Of a DNA stretch of 31,449 nt, positions 1 through 8,008 are shown piece after piece. The notes below the pieces were generated by a model. That model ran no database searches. It was not told the origin of the DNA and worked only from the letters and a program-made list of their open reading frames with translations. The stretch's first letter is position 1; every line of letters starts with the position of its first letter. This DNA comes from a virus: IMG/VR virus record IMGVR_UViG_3300000052_000004, positions 1 through 31,449 of that record; one strand, written 5' to 3'. The translations under genes were made by a program, and so were the position numbers.

Positions 1-40
1 AACGGAGGCGAGACTATAAACTTTGGAGACGATCCGATTT
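1..40. repeat. terminal direct repeat, copy 1 (identical to 31410-31449)
   Basis: AACGGAGGCGAGACTATAAACTTTGGAGACGATCCGATTT occurs at both ends of the window, compared base by base. Confidence 0.95.
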
Positions 41-189
41 ATCAAAATCTTAAGGCCGACCTTAAAGAGCGCGAGGAGCTGCTTAAATTGGCTTTAAAAC
101 AAACCCAAACAATTTTCGACGCTTATGGTAACGAGGTGCCTCAAGTATCAGTAACGCCTCGCAAATCAAGTATAACATTAAAATTTTAA
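1..189 (+). CDS. 3' part of a junction-spanning hypothetical protein (continues the ORF starting at 31149)
   Basis: Frame 1 is open from base 1 to TAA 187-189. Bases 1-40 duplicate 31410-31449 in the same frame as ATG 31149. The combined product is 149 aa on the 31,409-bp circle. No motif recognised. Confidence 0.6.
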   Translation, partial: NGGETINFGDDPIYQNLKADLKEREELLKLALKQTQTIFDAYGNEVPQVSVTPRKSSITLKF

Positions 190-191
190 TT

Positions 192-398
192 ATGCAAGTA
201 GGATCAAAAGTAAGATTACGCGAAACAAGTATTTTCGTAGCACTGGAAGACCGACACAACCCGAGCGACAAATACGGAACAGTTGTCGAAATAGGCAACG
301 AGTCAAAGGACAAACGCCGCACGCTGGAGCTGCCAATCGTTGTTGATTGGGGCGGGTTTACAAATAGTTACCGATACCTCGATTTATATGAAGTCTAA
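192..398 (+). CDS. hypothetical protein (68 aa)
   Basis: The ATG lies 3 nt after the previous stop, in tight operon packing. No motif recognised. Confidence 0.5.
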   Translation: MQVGSKVRLRETSIFVALEDRHNPSDKYGTVVEIGNESKDKRRTLELPIVVDWGGFTNSYRYLDLYEV

Positions 399-813
399 TC
401 GGCCCAATCAAATCGCCAAGACAATCAAAGACGTCACGAATATTGATGTCTTTGATAAAAGGCGCACGCTCGAAGTGGTTGACTCCCGCGCGTTGTTCTG
501 CTATATCCTGCGCCACGATATGAAATACAAATCGGTGCAAGTGCGGGACATCATTCGTAAACGCCGACCATACGACCACGCAACGGTCCTGTATAATGTC
601 AAACTATACGACACCGATGTAAGATATCGACGGCCAGACCTTGAGGAGTTAAGGCTGCAACTGGTCAACTTATACTCGCCCTATTTTACAATGCTTAAAA
701 AGGTCAACGCTTTGACCGACGAGGAACTAATGCAACAAATTATTAATTTAATAGATACTTATGAAACCACAAAACAAAAAAGAGTTGATCTTTGTGACGC
801 GAGCTGCGATTGA
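388..813 (+). CDS. DnaA domain IV-like helix-turn-helix DNA-binding protein
   Basis: The track ORF is 340..813. I prefer ATG 388 (MKSNRPNQ...), which overlaps the upstream stop by 11 nt. RRTLEVVDSRALFCYILRH...YDHATVLYNVK resembles the DnaA C-terminal HTH pattern (R..v.aRqiamYL.r...DHtTVlha). Confidence 0.5.
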   Translation: MKSNRPNQIAKTIKDVTNIDVFDKRRTLEVVDSRALFCYILRHDMKYKSVQVRDIIRKRRPYDHATVLYNVKLYDTDVRYRRPDLEELRLQLVNLYSPYFTMLKKVNALTDEELMQQIINLIDTYETTKQKRVDLCDASCD

Positions 814-871
814 GGCGGCTGCATTTTTACTAATCATAACCGCAATAGCATGGCTAATATCACACCTTTAA
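761..871 (+). CDS. possible 36-aa single-pass membrane peptide
   Basis: ATG 761 to TAA 869-871 gives MKPQNKKELIFVTRAAIEAAAFLLIITAIAWLISHL with a hydrophobic core. It is below the track threshold and overlaps the 3' end of the previous gene. Confidence 0.2.
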   Translation: MKPQNKKELIFVTRAAIEAAAFLLIITAIAWLISHL

Positions 872-1046
872 CCAGGATTAAAAGAGTAATGCGATTTTAC
901 TACAACAGGGGAGTAAATTCGGAACGAGTTAACGATTTATACAAAAAAATTTTGTCAGATAAATATAAATCAGTAATTTAGCATAATCATAATAACGGAT
1001 GCACGGCTCGAGCATCATAATTTCGTGCCATTAAAAAATTAATATT

Positions 1047-1763
1047 GTGAGTAATTCAAACAGACGCGCTGCATTCTCGCAGCCAACAACAAACCCAGCA
1101 GTTAAATTTTTAGAATGGAAAAGCAATGATAAATGCTTTGGCTATTTTGACAAATCAATTGCAGAATCTTTAAAAGGTTTAACCGCAGAGGAAATTAAGA
1201 AAAAAGCAAATGTAAAAATTGAGCTTCCGTTTAAATTTTTAGTTCTCGACGAACTGCACACCGTGAAAGGTTGGAACGACGCAACCGAGAGTGGGATTTA
1301 TTCTAACGAGGTAAAATATATCTCAAAGGATGAGTTAATCGTTAAGCCTTTCAAAGGCAATGAGATTGCTCGAGGTCTTTACAAAGACATTAAAGAAAAA
1401 GCAAAGGCCGCAGGCGGTCACTACGTTAAGAGTATTTATATAATGCTTGAGGGTGGCGAGATTGCAAACATACAACTCAAAGGTGCAGCCTGTCAAACGT
1501 GGGGCGATTTTACCGCAAAGAGTAAAAGCCGACTCGTTGACGAGTGGGTTTCAGTAGTTGGCTTTGACGAGGCTAAAAAAGGAAGCGTTAAATACACAAC
1601 ACCAAAGTTCGGTTATCTTTGCTCACTTGATGGAGCGGAGGCTGACCTTGCAGACGAAGCGTTTAACACTTTGGAGGCTTATTTAAAAACTTACCTCACG
1701 AAATCGGAGCCAGTTATAGCCGAGATTGAGGTTGAGGTTGAGGTTGATGACTTAGAGTTTTAA
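1047..1763 (+). CDS. putative ssDNA-binding protein (T7 gp2.5-like)
   Basis: GTG start, 238 aa. The C-terminal tail ...AEIEVEVEVDDLEF is strongly acidic and ends in Phe, like the gp2.5 tail. The size is similar and the gene heads the replication module. Function is inferred. Confidence 0.45.
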   Translation: MSNSNRRAAFSQPTTNPAVKFLEWKSNDKCFGYFDKSIAESLKGLTAEEIKKKANVKIELPFKFLVLDELHTVKGWNDATESGIYSNEVKYISKDELIVKPFKGNEIARGLYKDIKEKAKAAGGHYVKSIYIMLEGGEIANIQLKGAACQTWGDFTAKSKSRLVDEWVSVVGFDEAKKGSVKYTTPKFGYLCSLDGAEADLADEAFNTLEAYLKTYLTKSEPVIAEIEVEVEVDDLEF

Positions 1764-1767
1764 TTTA

Positions 1768-1822
1768 AAACCCCCGAAGTAACTCGAAATCCTGGTAAAT
1801 TAAAAGCACAGTTCGGGGGTTT
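1768..1822 (+). repeat. 11-bp inverted repeat with a 33-nt loop
   Basis: AAACCCCCGAA (1768-1778) pairs with TTCGGGGGTTT (1812-1822), immediately after the SSB stop. Confidence 0.7.
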
Positions 1823-1851
1823 ATTAATTTTGATTTGGTTAAATAGTTGAG

Positions 1852-1879
1852 AAAGCGGTCTTCGGATCGCTTTTTTTAT
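1852..1879 (+). terminator. rho-independent terminator
   Basis: The stem is AAGCGGTC / GATCGCTT (one G-U pair) around a TTCG tetraloop (1861-1864), followed by a T7 run. Confidence 0.65.
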
Positions 1880-1886
1880 TTATACG

Positions 1887-1998
1887 AAAGTGCTTTAGGG
1901 CACATCAAAAGGGGCTACTCTATTATATAGAAATAATCACTTTTTAAAATAAATTTTTTTTTTGAAATTTTGGGTTTCAATGTGCCCTAAAGCACTTT
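1887..1998. repeat. perfect 19-bp inverted repeat flanking a 74-nt AT-rich spacer (candidate ori/operator)
   Basis: AAAGTGCTTTAGGGCACAT (1887-1905) is the exact reverse complement of ATGTGCCCTAAAGCACTTT (1980-1998). The spacer contains a T10 run (1954-1963). A third half-site GGGCACAT lies at 2037-2044. Confidence 0.9.
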
Positions 1999-2197
1999 GA
2001 TAGGTTAAAACGCTGAAAATCATATACTTTAGTACGGGGCACATTATTTTTTTTTGATTTTATATTTTGTATTAAAATAAATACTATATTTGCTGAGTAT
2101 TGTATTGGTGGATACGATATATTTGAAGACATTTTTAATAATCCTTTCGGGAGTAGTTGCCACCACAACGAAACCGAAGGGATTTATTTTTTAATTT

Positions 2198-4585
2198 ATG
2201 AATGTAACTATTTACAAAAAAGCTACTGACGTCTCCAATGGGTTTACCAAAGACGTTTTCTTTTGTCTTGAAAGAATAAAGCAAGGCAAGAGTAAAGAAA
2301 TGGTTGAGCAACTTCGGTTGATGCCAAAAGAGGAATACGACAAAAGCAAATCAAAACTTCCTGGTGTTTGTTTTAACGGTGTTTTTGAATATCGTTCGCT
2401 GACAGGAATCAAAGAGCATTCGGGATTGATTATTTTGGATTTTGATAAATTCAATTCGAATCATGATGCTATCAATTTCCGCGACTCGATTTCCGATGAC
2501 GAGTTTATTTTTGCGACTTGGATTTCGCCAAGCGGTAAAGGAGTAAAAGCTTTAGTTAAAATACCAGCATCAATTGAGAATCACAAAGAGTATTTTAAAG
2601 CTCTTAAAAATTACTTTAATCATTCTAATTGGGATGACTCGGGGAGTGATGTGAGTCGATTTTGTTTTGAGTCTTACGATCCCGATTTATATTTGAATAA
2701 AGAGTCAAAACTTTGGGACACAATTGAGGCACCCGATTTGGCTGACGTAGGAAGTTATGAGGTTTCAATAGCAGTTAAGTCGGACAATATCATTATTAAT
2801 AACCTGCTAAAATGGTTCGATAAGAAATTCCCTTTATCAAATGGGAATAGGAATAACAACGTCTATAAATTGGCCGCAGCTTTCAACGATTTTGGAATCA
2901 ATAGGTCAGTTGCAGAACAAACCTTGTTCCAATTTGAAAGCCAAGATTTTGACCGCAAAGAGATTGCCACTATTTTAAATTCAGCCTATAAAAAGTCGGC
3001 TAATTTTGGAACTAAATTTTTTGAAGATTTAACCGTAAAAGAGAAAATTGAGAAGCAAATTCGAAGCGGTAAAAATCGCAAAGAGGTAATCGAGTCCAAT
3101 TCTGAATTTGATAAAAAAGACGTTGAAAAATGCATCGATGAAATAAAGGAAGAAATAAGCGTCTCTGACTTTTGGGAATACAATGACAAGGGGCGCATAT
3201 CTTTAAAGCCGCACAAGTTTAAATTTTGGCTACAACAAAACAATTTTTATAAGTACTTCCCGACTAACACCAGTACGTTTACATTCATAAAAATTGAGCA
3301 AAATTTGGTTGAGGAGACAAGTGAAAAACGCATCAAAGATTTTGTTTTAAATAGTTTGCTATCTCGAGACGATATAGGATTTACTCCTTACGACTTTATG
3401 GCATCGTCAAATAAATACTTCCAAAGTGATTTCCTTGCTTTGCTCGAATCAACGGAAGTAAATATAAAAGAGGACACGCAAGAGGAGTGCTTTTTATACT
3501 TTAACAACTGCGTTGTGCGAGTGACTGACACCGATATATCAAAAATCGATTATATTGACTTAGATGGCTTTGTTTGGAAGCGTCAAATCATAAACCGAGA
3601 GTATATTGAAAGCGACCACCATAGCTCGACGTTTAGAAAATTCCTTTGGCTAATTGCTGGGCAAGATGCTGAGAAATATAACTCATTCAAATCGGTAATT
3701 GGTTACCTATTGCATTCGTTTAAAACCTCAGCAAACAACAAAGCGATTATTTTTAACGATGAGACTATCTCGGAAAATCCAAATGGAGGAAGCGGAAAGG
3801 GTTTATTTTGGAACGCACTCGCTCAAATGAAAAAAGTAAGCTCGATTGATGGTAAAACTTTTGAATTTACAAAGTCATTTCCATACCAAACCGTATCAAC
3901 CGACACGCAAATACTTGTATTTGATGACGTGAAAAAGAACTTTAATTTTGAGAGCTTATTTTCTTTGATTACTGAAGGCATTACACTTGAATACAAAGGT
4001 CAAGACGCTATTAAATTGCCTGTTACAAAGAGCCCAAAAATACTAATTACAACCAATTACACCGTTGGAGGTGTTGGAGGATCATTTGAGCGTCGAAAGT
4101 TTGAGGTTGAAATGAGCGACTATTTTAGTTTTAAGCACACTCCAGTAGATGAGTTTGGGCATTTATTGTTTGACGATTGGGATGCTGAGGAGTGGTTGAA
4201 ATTTGATAACTTTATGATTACTTGCGTTCAATTTTACTTGCAAAATGGATTGACTAAGCACGACTTTAAAAACTTAGAAGTTCGCAAGTTTATCAAAAAC
4301 ACTTGCTTTGAGTTTTACGAATGGAGTAGGCCCGATCAAGACGGAAAAAATGAAAATATCGAGTTCAACGTTCGTTGCAATAAGCAAAGTTACTACGACA
4401 ATTTTGTAAATGAATATCCTGATTTTAGAACGTACAAGCTATCTCAAAAACGTTTCTCACAATGGATTGAGCATTATTGCAAATTTTATGATTATAAATA
4501 CTTAACAGGCAAATCAAATGGAGACCGTTGGTTTGAAATTGTAAACGAAAATTCTAAAACTAAAGACGATGAATTATACTTTTAA
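2198..4585 (+). CDS. DNA primase-helicase (BT4734/VirE_N-like primase domain + P-loop NTPase)
   Basis: 795 aa. PGVCFNGVFEYR..GLIILDFDKF..ATWISPSGKGVKALVKIP fits the BT4734/VirE N-terminal primase-like domain. Walker A is NPNGGSGKGLF and the Walker B-like motif is ILVFDDV. Confidence 0.75.
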   Translation: MNVTIYKKATDVSNGFTKDVFFCLERIKQGKSKEMVEQLRLMPKEEYDKSKSKLPGVCFNGVFEYRSLTGIKEHSGLIILDFDKFNSNHDAINFRDSISDDEFIFATWISPSGKGVKALVKIPASIENHKEYFKALKNYFNHSNWDDSGSDVSRFCFESYDPDLYLNKESKLWDTIEAPDLADVGSYEVSIAVKSDNIIINNLLKWFDKKFPLSNGNRNNNVYKLAAAFNDFGINRSVAEQTLFQFESQDFDRKEIATILNSAYKKSANFGTKFFEDLTVKEKIEKQIRSGKNRKEVIESNSEFDKKDVEKCIDEIKEEISVSDFWEYNDKGRISLKPHKFKFWLQQNNFYKYFPTNTSTFTFIKIEQNLVEETSEKRIKDFVLNSLLSRDDIGFTPYDFMASSNKYFQSDFLALLESTEVNIKEDTQEECFLYFNNCVVRVTDTDISKIDYIDLDGFVWKRQIINREYIESDHHSSTFRKFLWLIAGQDAEKYNSFKSVIGYLLHSFKTSANNKAIIFNDETISENPNGGSGKGLFWNALAQMKKVSSIDGKTFEFTKSFPYQTVSTDTQILVFDDVKKNFNFESLFSLITEGITLEYKGQDAIKLPVTKSPKILITTNYTVGGVGGSFERRKFEVEMSDYFSFKHTPVDEFGHLLFDDWDAEEWLKFDNFMITCVQFYLQNGLTKHDFKNLEVRKFIKNTCFEFYEWSRPDQDGKNENIEFNVRCNKQSYYDNFVNEYPDFRTYKLSQKRFSQWIEHYCKFYDYKYLTGKSNGDRWFEIVNENSKTKDDELYF

Positions 4586-5042
4586 AGCAAAAGAGCAATT
4601 TTATAACGGTGTAAAATTTAGAAGTACACTTGAGGCAAGATGGGCAATTTTTTTTGATGCCTGCGGATTAAACTGGGTTTATGAGCCCGAATGTTTTGAG
4701 TTAGATGCAGGAAATTATACTCCCGATTTTTATTTAAAAAAATATGATTTGTTTGTTGAAATCAAACCCAATTTAGATTGGTTAAAAGATGAGTATAATG
4801 TAAAAAGATATAATCAATGCCCTAAACAATTACTTGTTTTATCAGTTCCGTTTCCATCAATTAGCGAAGTAAGCGCGTGTTATGGATTATATGGAGATGA
4901 CTATCAACCTGTAAATTTTTGTCCTAATAGTAAATATGAGCCGTTTTATATATCGGGTTATGATATTGGTTGCGATGAGGAGTATTGGAATGAGGACTAT
5001 AAAAACGAACTCAATGCAGTTAAACAATACCGATTTTTCTAA
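4569..5042 (+). CDS. PD-(D/E)XK family nuclease
   Basis: 157 aa. FRSTLEARWAIFFD..YTPDFYL..LFVEIKP gives the D...E-x-K core typical of phage restriction-endonuclease-fold nucleases. Confidence 0.5.
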   Translation: MNYTFKAKEQFYNGVKFRSTLEARWAIFFDACGLNWVYEPECFELDAGNYTPDFYLKKYDLFVEIKPNLDWLKDEYNVKRYNQCPKQLLVLSVPFPSISEVSACYGLYGDDYQPVNFCPNSKYEPFYISGYDIGCDEEYWNEDYKNELNAVKQYRFF

Positions 5043-6277
5043 TGGAACTACGACACTACCAAACTAAAATCTCAGCTGAGGCGGTTGAGATTTTACGAAA
5101 TAAACACATCGTGTATTTGGCGATGGAGGTGCGAACAGGCAAGAGTTTGACCGCACTCAATACGGCCCAATTGTACGGAGCTAAGCGAGTCTTGTTTTTA
5201 ACAAAAAAGAAAGCGATTTCATCAATACAATGGGACTACGATAACTTCGGATTTACGTTTGATTTATCCATCATTAACGATGAATCAATGCACTTAGTGA
5301 CGGGAAATTTCGACTTAATTATACATGACGAACACCATCGCTTCGGTGCCTTTCCTAAACCCAACGCAACGGCTAAGGAGTTTAAAAAACGTTTCAGTAA
5401 ACTGCCTATGATATTCCTAAGCGGTACGCCAACGCCCGAGAGTTACTCGCAATGGTACCACCAGTTTTGGGTAAGTGATTACTCGCCTTATAAAAACTAT
5501 GCGAATTTTTATAAGTGGGCCGCTGAGTACGTCGACATAAAAGAAAAACGCTTAGGCTATGCGGTTGTAAAAGACTACTCAAACGCAAAAGAGAATCTCG
5601 TACGAAGATCCACACGGCCGTATATTATAACTTTCACACAAAAAGAGGCAGGCTTTACGACCAGTGTCAACGAGATGGTACTGGAGTGCGAGATGCAGCC
5701 AATCACTTATGAGGTCATTCGCAGACTTAAGAAGGACTTGATTGTTCGCAACGGACAAGGACAAATAATTTTAGGGGATACAGGCGTTAAGTTGATGCAA
5801 AAAGTGCACCAACTGTCAAGCGGCACTTGTAAGTTTGAGGACGGTACGTCTAAAGTGATTGACGACTCAAAGGCCAGGTTTATCAAGGAGAAGTTTAAAG
5901 GCGAAAAAATCGCAATCTTTTATAAATTCAAGGCCGAATGGGATGCGCTGCTGCAAGTATTTGGAGCCGATTACTTGACAAATTCAGTTGAGGAGTTTGA
6001 TGCAACCGATAAAAATATCGCGCTTCAGATAGTATCGGGCAGGGAAGGGGTGTCTTTAAAAAATGCAAAGTATCTTGTTTACTATAACATCGATTTTAGC
6101 GCAACGAGTTACTGGCAAAGCCGTGATCGCATGACCACAATGCAGCGACAAGAGAACGAGGTCTTTTGGATATTCTCAAAAGGCGGCATCGAATACGATA
6201 TTTATAAGACCGTGCAACAAAAAAAAGATTATACACTAAAAATATTTAAACAAAATGAACGTACTATCTCTATTTGA
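5042..6277 (+). CDS. superfamily II DEAD/DEAH-type (SNF2-like) helicase
   Basis: Motif I is MEVRTGKS, motif II IHDEHHR and motif III LSGTP. The C-terminal QIVSGREGVSL and QSRDR match motifs V/VI. Confidence 0.8.
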   Translation: MELRHYQTKISAEAVEILRNKHIVYLAMEVRTGKSLTALNTAQLYGAKRVLFLTKKKAISSIQWDYDNFGFTFDLSIINDESMHLVTGNFDLIIHDEHHRFGAFPKPNATAKEFKKRFSKLPMIFLSGTPTPESYSQWYHQFWVSDYSPYKNYANFYKWAAEYVDIKEKRLGYAVVKDYSNAKENLVRRSTRPYIITFTQKEAGFTTSVNEMVLECEMQPITYEVIRRLKKDLIVRNGQGQIILGDTGVKLMQKVHQLSSGTCKFEDGTSKVIDDSKARFIKEKFKGEKIAIFYKFKAEWDALLQVFGADYLTNSVEEFDATDKNIALQIVSGREGVSLKNAKYLVYYNIDFSATSYWQSRDRMTTMQRQENEVFWIFSKGGIEYDIYKTVQQKKDYTLKIFKQNERTISI

Positions 6278-7430
6278 TGGGATGTCTTGCGGTCAGCAAG
6301 CTCTCGAAAGAACAGGAATAAAAGTCGATAACTACTACGCAAGTGAGATTGACAAATACGCCATTCAAGTGACAATGGCAAACTATCCAAATACAATTCA
6401 ACTCGGAAGCGTTGTCGATGTGAATGGGTACGACTTACCAAATATTGATTTATTAATTGGCGGATCGCCTTGTCAGTCGTTCTCATTTGCTGGCAAGCGC
6501 AAAGGAATGAGTACAAAAGACGAGCAGGAAATTTTAACGCTTGAGCATTACTTACAATTAAAATCCGAAGGCTATGAGTTTGAAGGCCAATCGTATTTAT
6601 TTTGGGAATATATGCGATTGATTTACGAGGTAAAGCCTAAATACTTTTTACTTGAGAATGTAATGATGGGGGAGAAGTGGGAGAAAGTTTTAAGCAAAGC
6701 GATTGGAGTTACTCCGATTATGATTAATAGTTCACTTGTCTCAGCTCAGAATCGCAAGCGATTATATTGGACAAATATCGGAATGGAATCCGCTGGGTTA
6801 TTTGGTTACCCAGTCAGTATAATTGAGCAGCCAAAAGACAAAGGCATATTGCTTAAAGATATACTCGAAAGCGAAGTTGATGAAAAGTATTTTTTGAGTG
6901 ATGAAAGAATTAATACTATTAAAAAAAGCGAAAGGTGCGTTGATTTTTTATCATATGAATCAAGAAAACATAATTGTTTAATTGCTGGATATTCTAAAAT
7001 TCCTACCGATGGACAGTACATCGTTCATAATACTATGCCTCGCTCATCAACAACAGGTAAAGGAGGAACAGGCCCGCTTAGTCGAACTGATGGTAAGACT
7101 TATTGCTTCGATACTGGTAGTACTAATGCGATTGAGGTTAGACAAGTAAAACAATTAAATACATCCTTAGAAAGTGGAGGAGTTCAGCCGTATCAACAAA
7201 ATAGAGTTTATGACTCAAATGGTATAATGACCGCTTTAGATTTAGATAGTTCAAGAAAATCAGTTTATGTAGATTCACAAATTCGTAGGCTTACACCGAT
7301 TGAATGCGAGCGATTGCAAACAGTTAATGATAACTATACAAATTATGTGAGTGATTCGCAACGGTATCGAATGCTGGGTAACGGATGGACTGTTGATGTA
7401 ATTGCTCACATATTTGGTTATTTAAAATAA
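6255..7430 (+). CDS. DNA (cytosine-5)-methyltransferase
   Basis: Motif I is LSLFDGMSCG, IV GGSPCQSFSFAGKR, VI LLENV and VIII QNRKRLYW. Motifs IX/X are RRLTPIECERLQ and MLGNGWTVDVIAHIF. A variable region of about 170 aa lies between VIII and IX. Confidence 0.95.
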   Translation: MNVLSLFDGMSCGQQALERTGIKVDNYYASEIDKYAIQVTMANYPNTIQLGSVVDVNGYDLPNIDLLIGGSPCQSFSFAGKRKGMSTKDEQEILTLEHYLQLKSEGYEFEGQSYLFWEYMRLIYEVKPKYFLLENVMMGEKWEKVLSKAIGVTPIMINSSLVSAQNRKRLYWTNIGMESAGLFGYPVSIIEQPKDKGILLKDILESEVDEKYFLSDERINTIKKSERCVDFLSYESRKHNCLIAGYSKIPTDGQYIVHNTMPRSSTTGKGGTGPLSRTDGKTYCFDTGSTNAIEVRQVKQLNTSLESGGVQPYQQNRVYDSNGIMTALDLDSSRKSVYVDSQIRRLTPIECERLQTVNDNYTNYVSDSQRYRMLGNGWTVDVIAHIFGYLK

Positions 7431-7443
7431 ATTTGTATATTTG
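7413..7443 (+). promoter_or_regulatory. Bacteroidetes-type promoter candidate
   Basis: TTTG (7413-7416), then N19, then TATATTTG (7436-7443). This matches the TTTG / TAnnTTTG consensus with spacing inside the 19-21 range. Confidence 0.35.
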
Positions 7444-7526
7444 ACCACCGCCAAGAGAAAACACACAACTAACAACACCCTTCTTTTGCACTTGGCGGTC
7501 AATTGAGGGGTGTTTGTTTTTTATAT
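7441..7526 (+). terminator. structured RNA with interleaved stems ending in a T-run terminator
   Basis: Stem A pairs TTGACC(acc)GCCAAG (7441-7455) with CTTGGCGGTCAA (7491-7502). Stem B pairs AACAACACCC (7471-7480) with GGGGTGTTTGTT (7507-7518) with a 1-nt bulge, followed by T6. Confidence 0.45.
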
Positions 7527-7552
7527 AAGCAAATTTATTTGATTATTCACTT

Positions 7553-7735
7553 ATGATAGAACTAACAACAATAGGAAATACAAAAATACTAATAGACATT
7601 AAAGATATTAGAGCGGTTCTTGAATCTAATAATGAAACTTCAATATTTATTTATTCAGATAATAAAGAAAAAATACCTGTAAAAGAAGATTACAACACAG
7701 TAAGAAAAATGATTGAAGATTATTATAATAGATAA
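7553..7735 (+). CDS. hypothetical protein (60 aa, very AT-rich)
   Basis: ORF track entry. My hand count gives about 22% G+C. No motif recognised. Confidence 0.5.
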   Translation: MIELTTIGNTKILIDIKDIRAVLESNNETSIFIYSDNKEKIPVKEDYNTVRKMIEDYYNR

Positions 7736-7738
7736 CCA

Positions 7739-7993
7739 ATGACCGAGCAGCAAATACAAACGAAGATTAAACGCAAACTAATTGAGCGGGGTTGGTATGT
7801 CACGAAATTGATTAAGACATCAACCAACGGCATTCCCGACCTACTGGCAATCAAATACGGCAAGGCGATGTTTATAGAAGTAAAACGCGAAGGCGGGAAG
7901 CTATCGCCTATTCAAGAGCTGCGCATTGAGGAACTAAAAGCCGCAGGAGCGATTGTAAAGATTTGGACTGACTTTGATACTGATTTTAACTAA
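7739..7993 (+). CDS. VRR-NUC domain nuclease
   Basis: GIPDLLAIKYGKAMFIEVKREGGKLSPIQ..L..AG matches the VRR-NUC pattern (PD...E-x-K followed by LS..Q). Confidence 0.8.
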   Translation: MTEQQIQTKIKRKLIERGWYVTKLIKTSTNGIPDLLAIKYGKAMFIEVKREGGKLSPIQELRIEELKAAGAIVKIWTDFDTDFN

Positions 7994-8008
7994 AAATGCA
8001 TTGACTAT

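Noticed and set aside
340-387. The upstream ATG 340 as the start of the DnaA-domain-IV-like gene.
   Set aside because: It would overlap the preceding ORF by 59 nt. ATG 388 gives the compact 11-nt overlap that is typical of this genome.
1977-2168. The antisense ORF 1977..2168 (-) in the SSB-primase intergenic region.
   Set aside because: It lies in repeat-rich, AT-rich non-coding DNA (inverted-repeat arm, T-runs). It would be the only - strand gene, and its sequence does not look protein-like.
7441-7502. A tRNA-like gene suggested by the terminal pairing TTGACC...GGTCAA.
   Set aside because: It is only about 62 nt. It has no D or T arm, no GTTCRANYC box and no anticodon-stem geometry. I saw no tRNA elsewhere in the window either.
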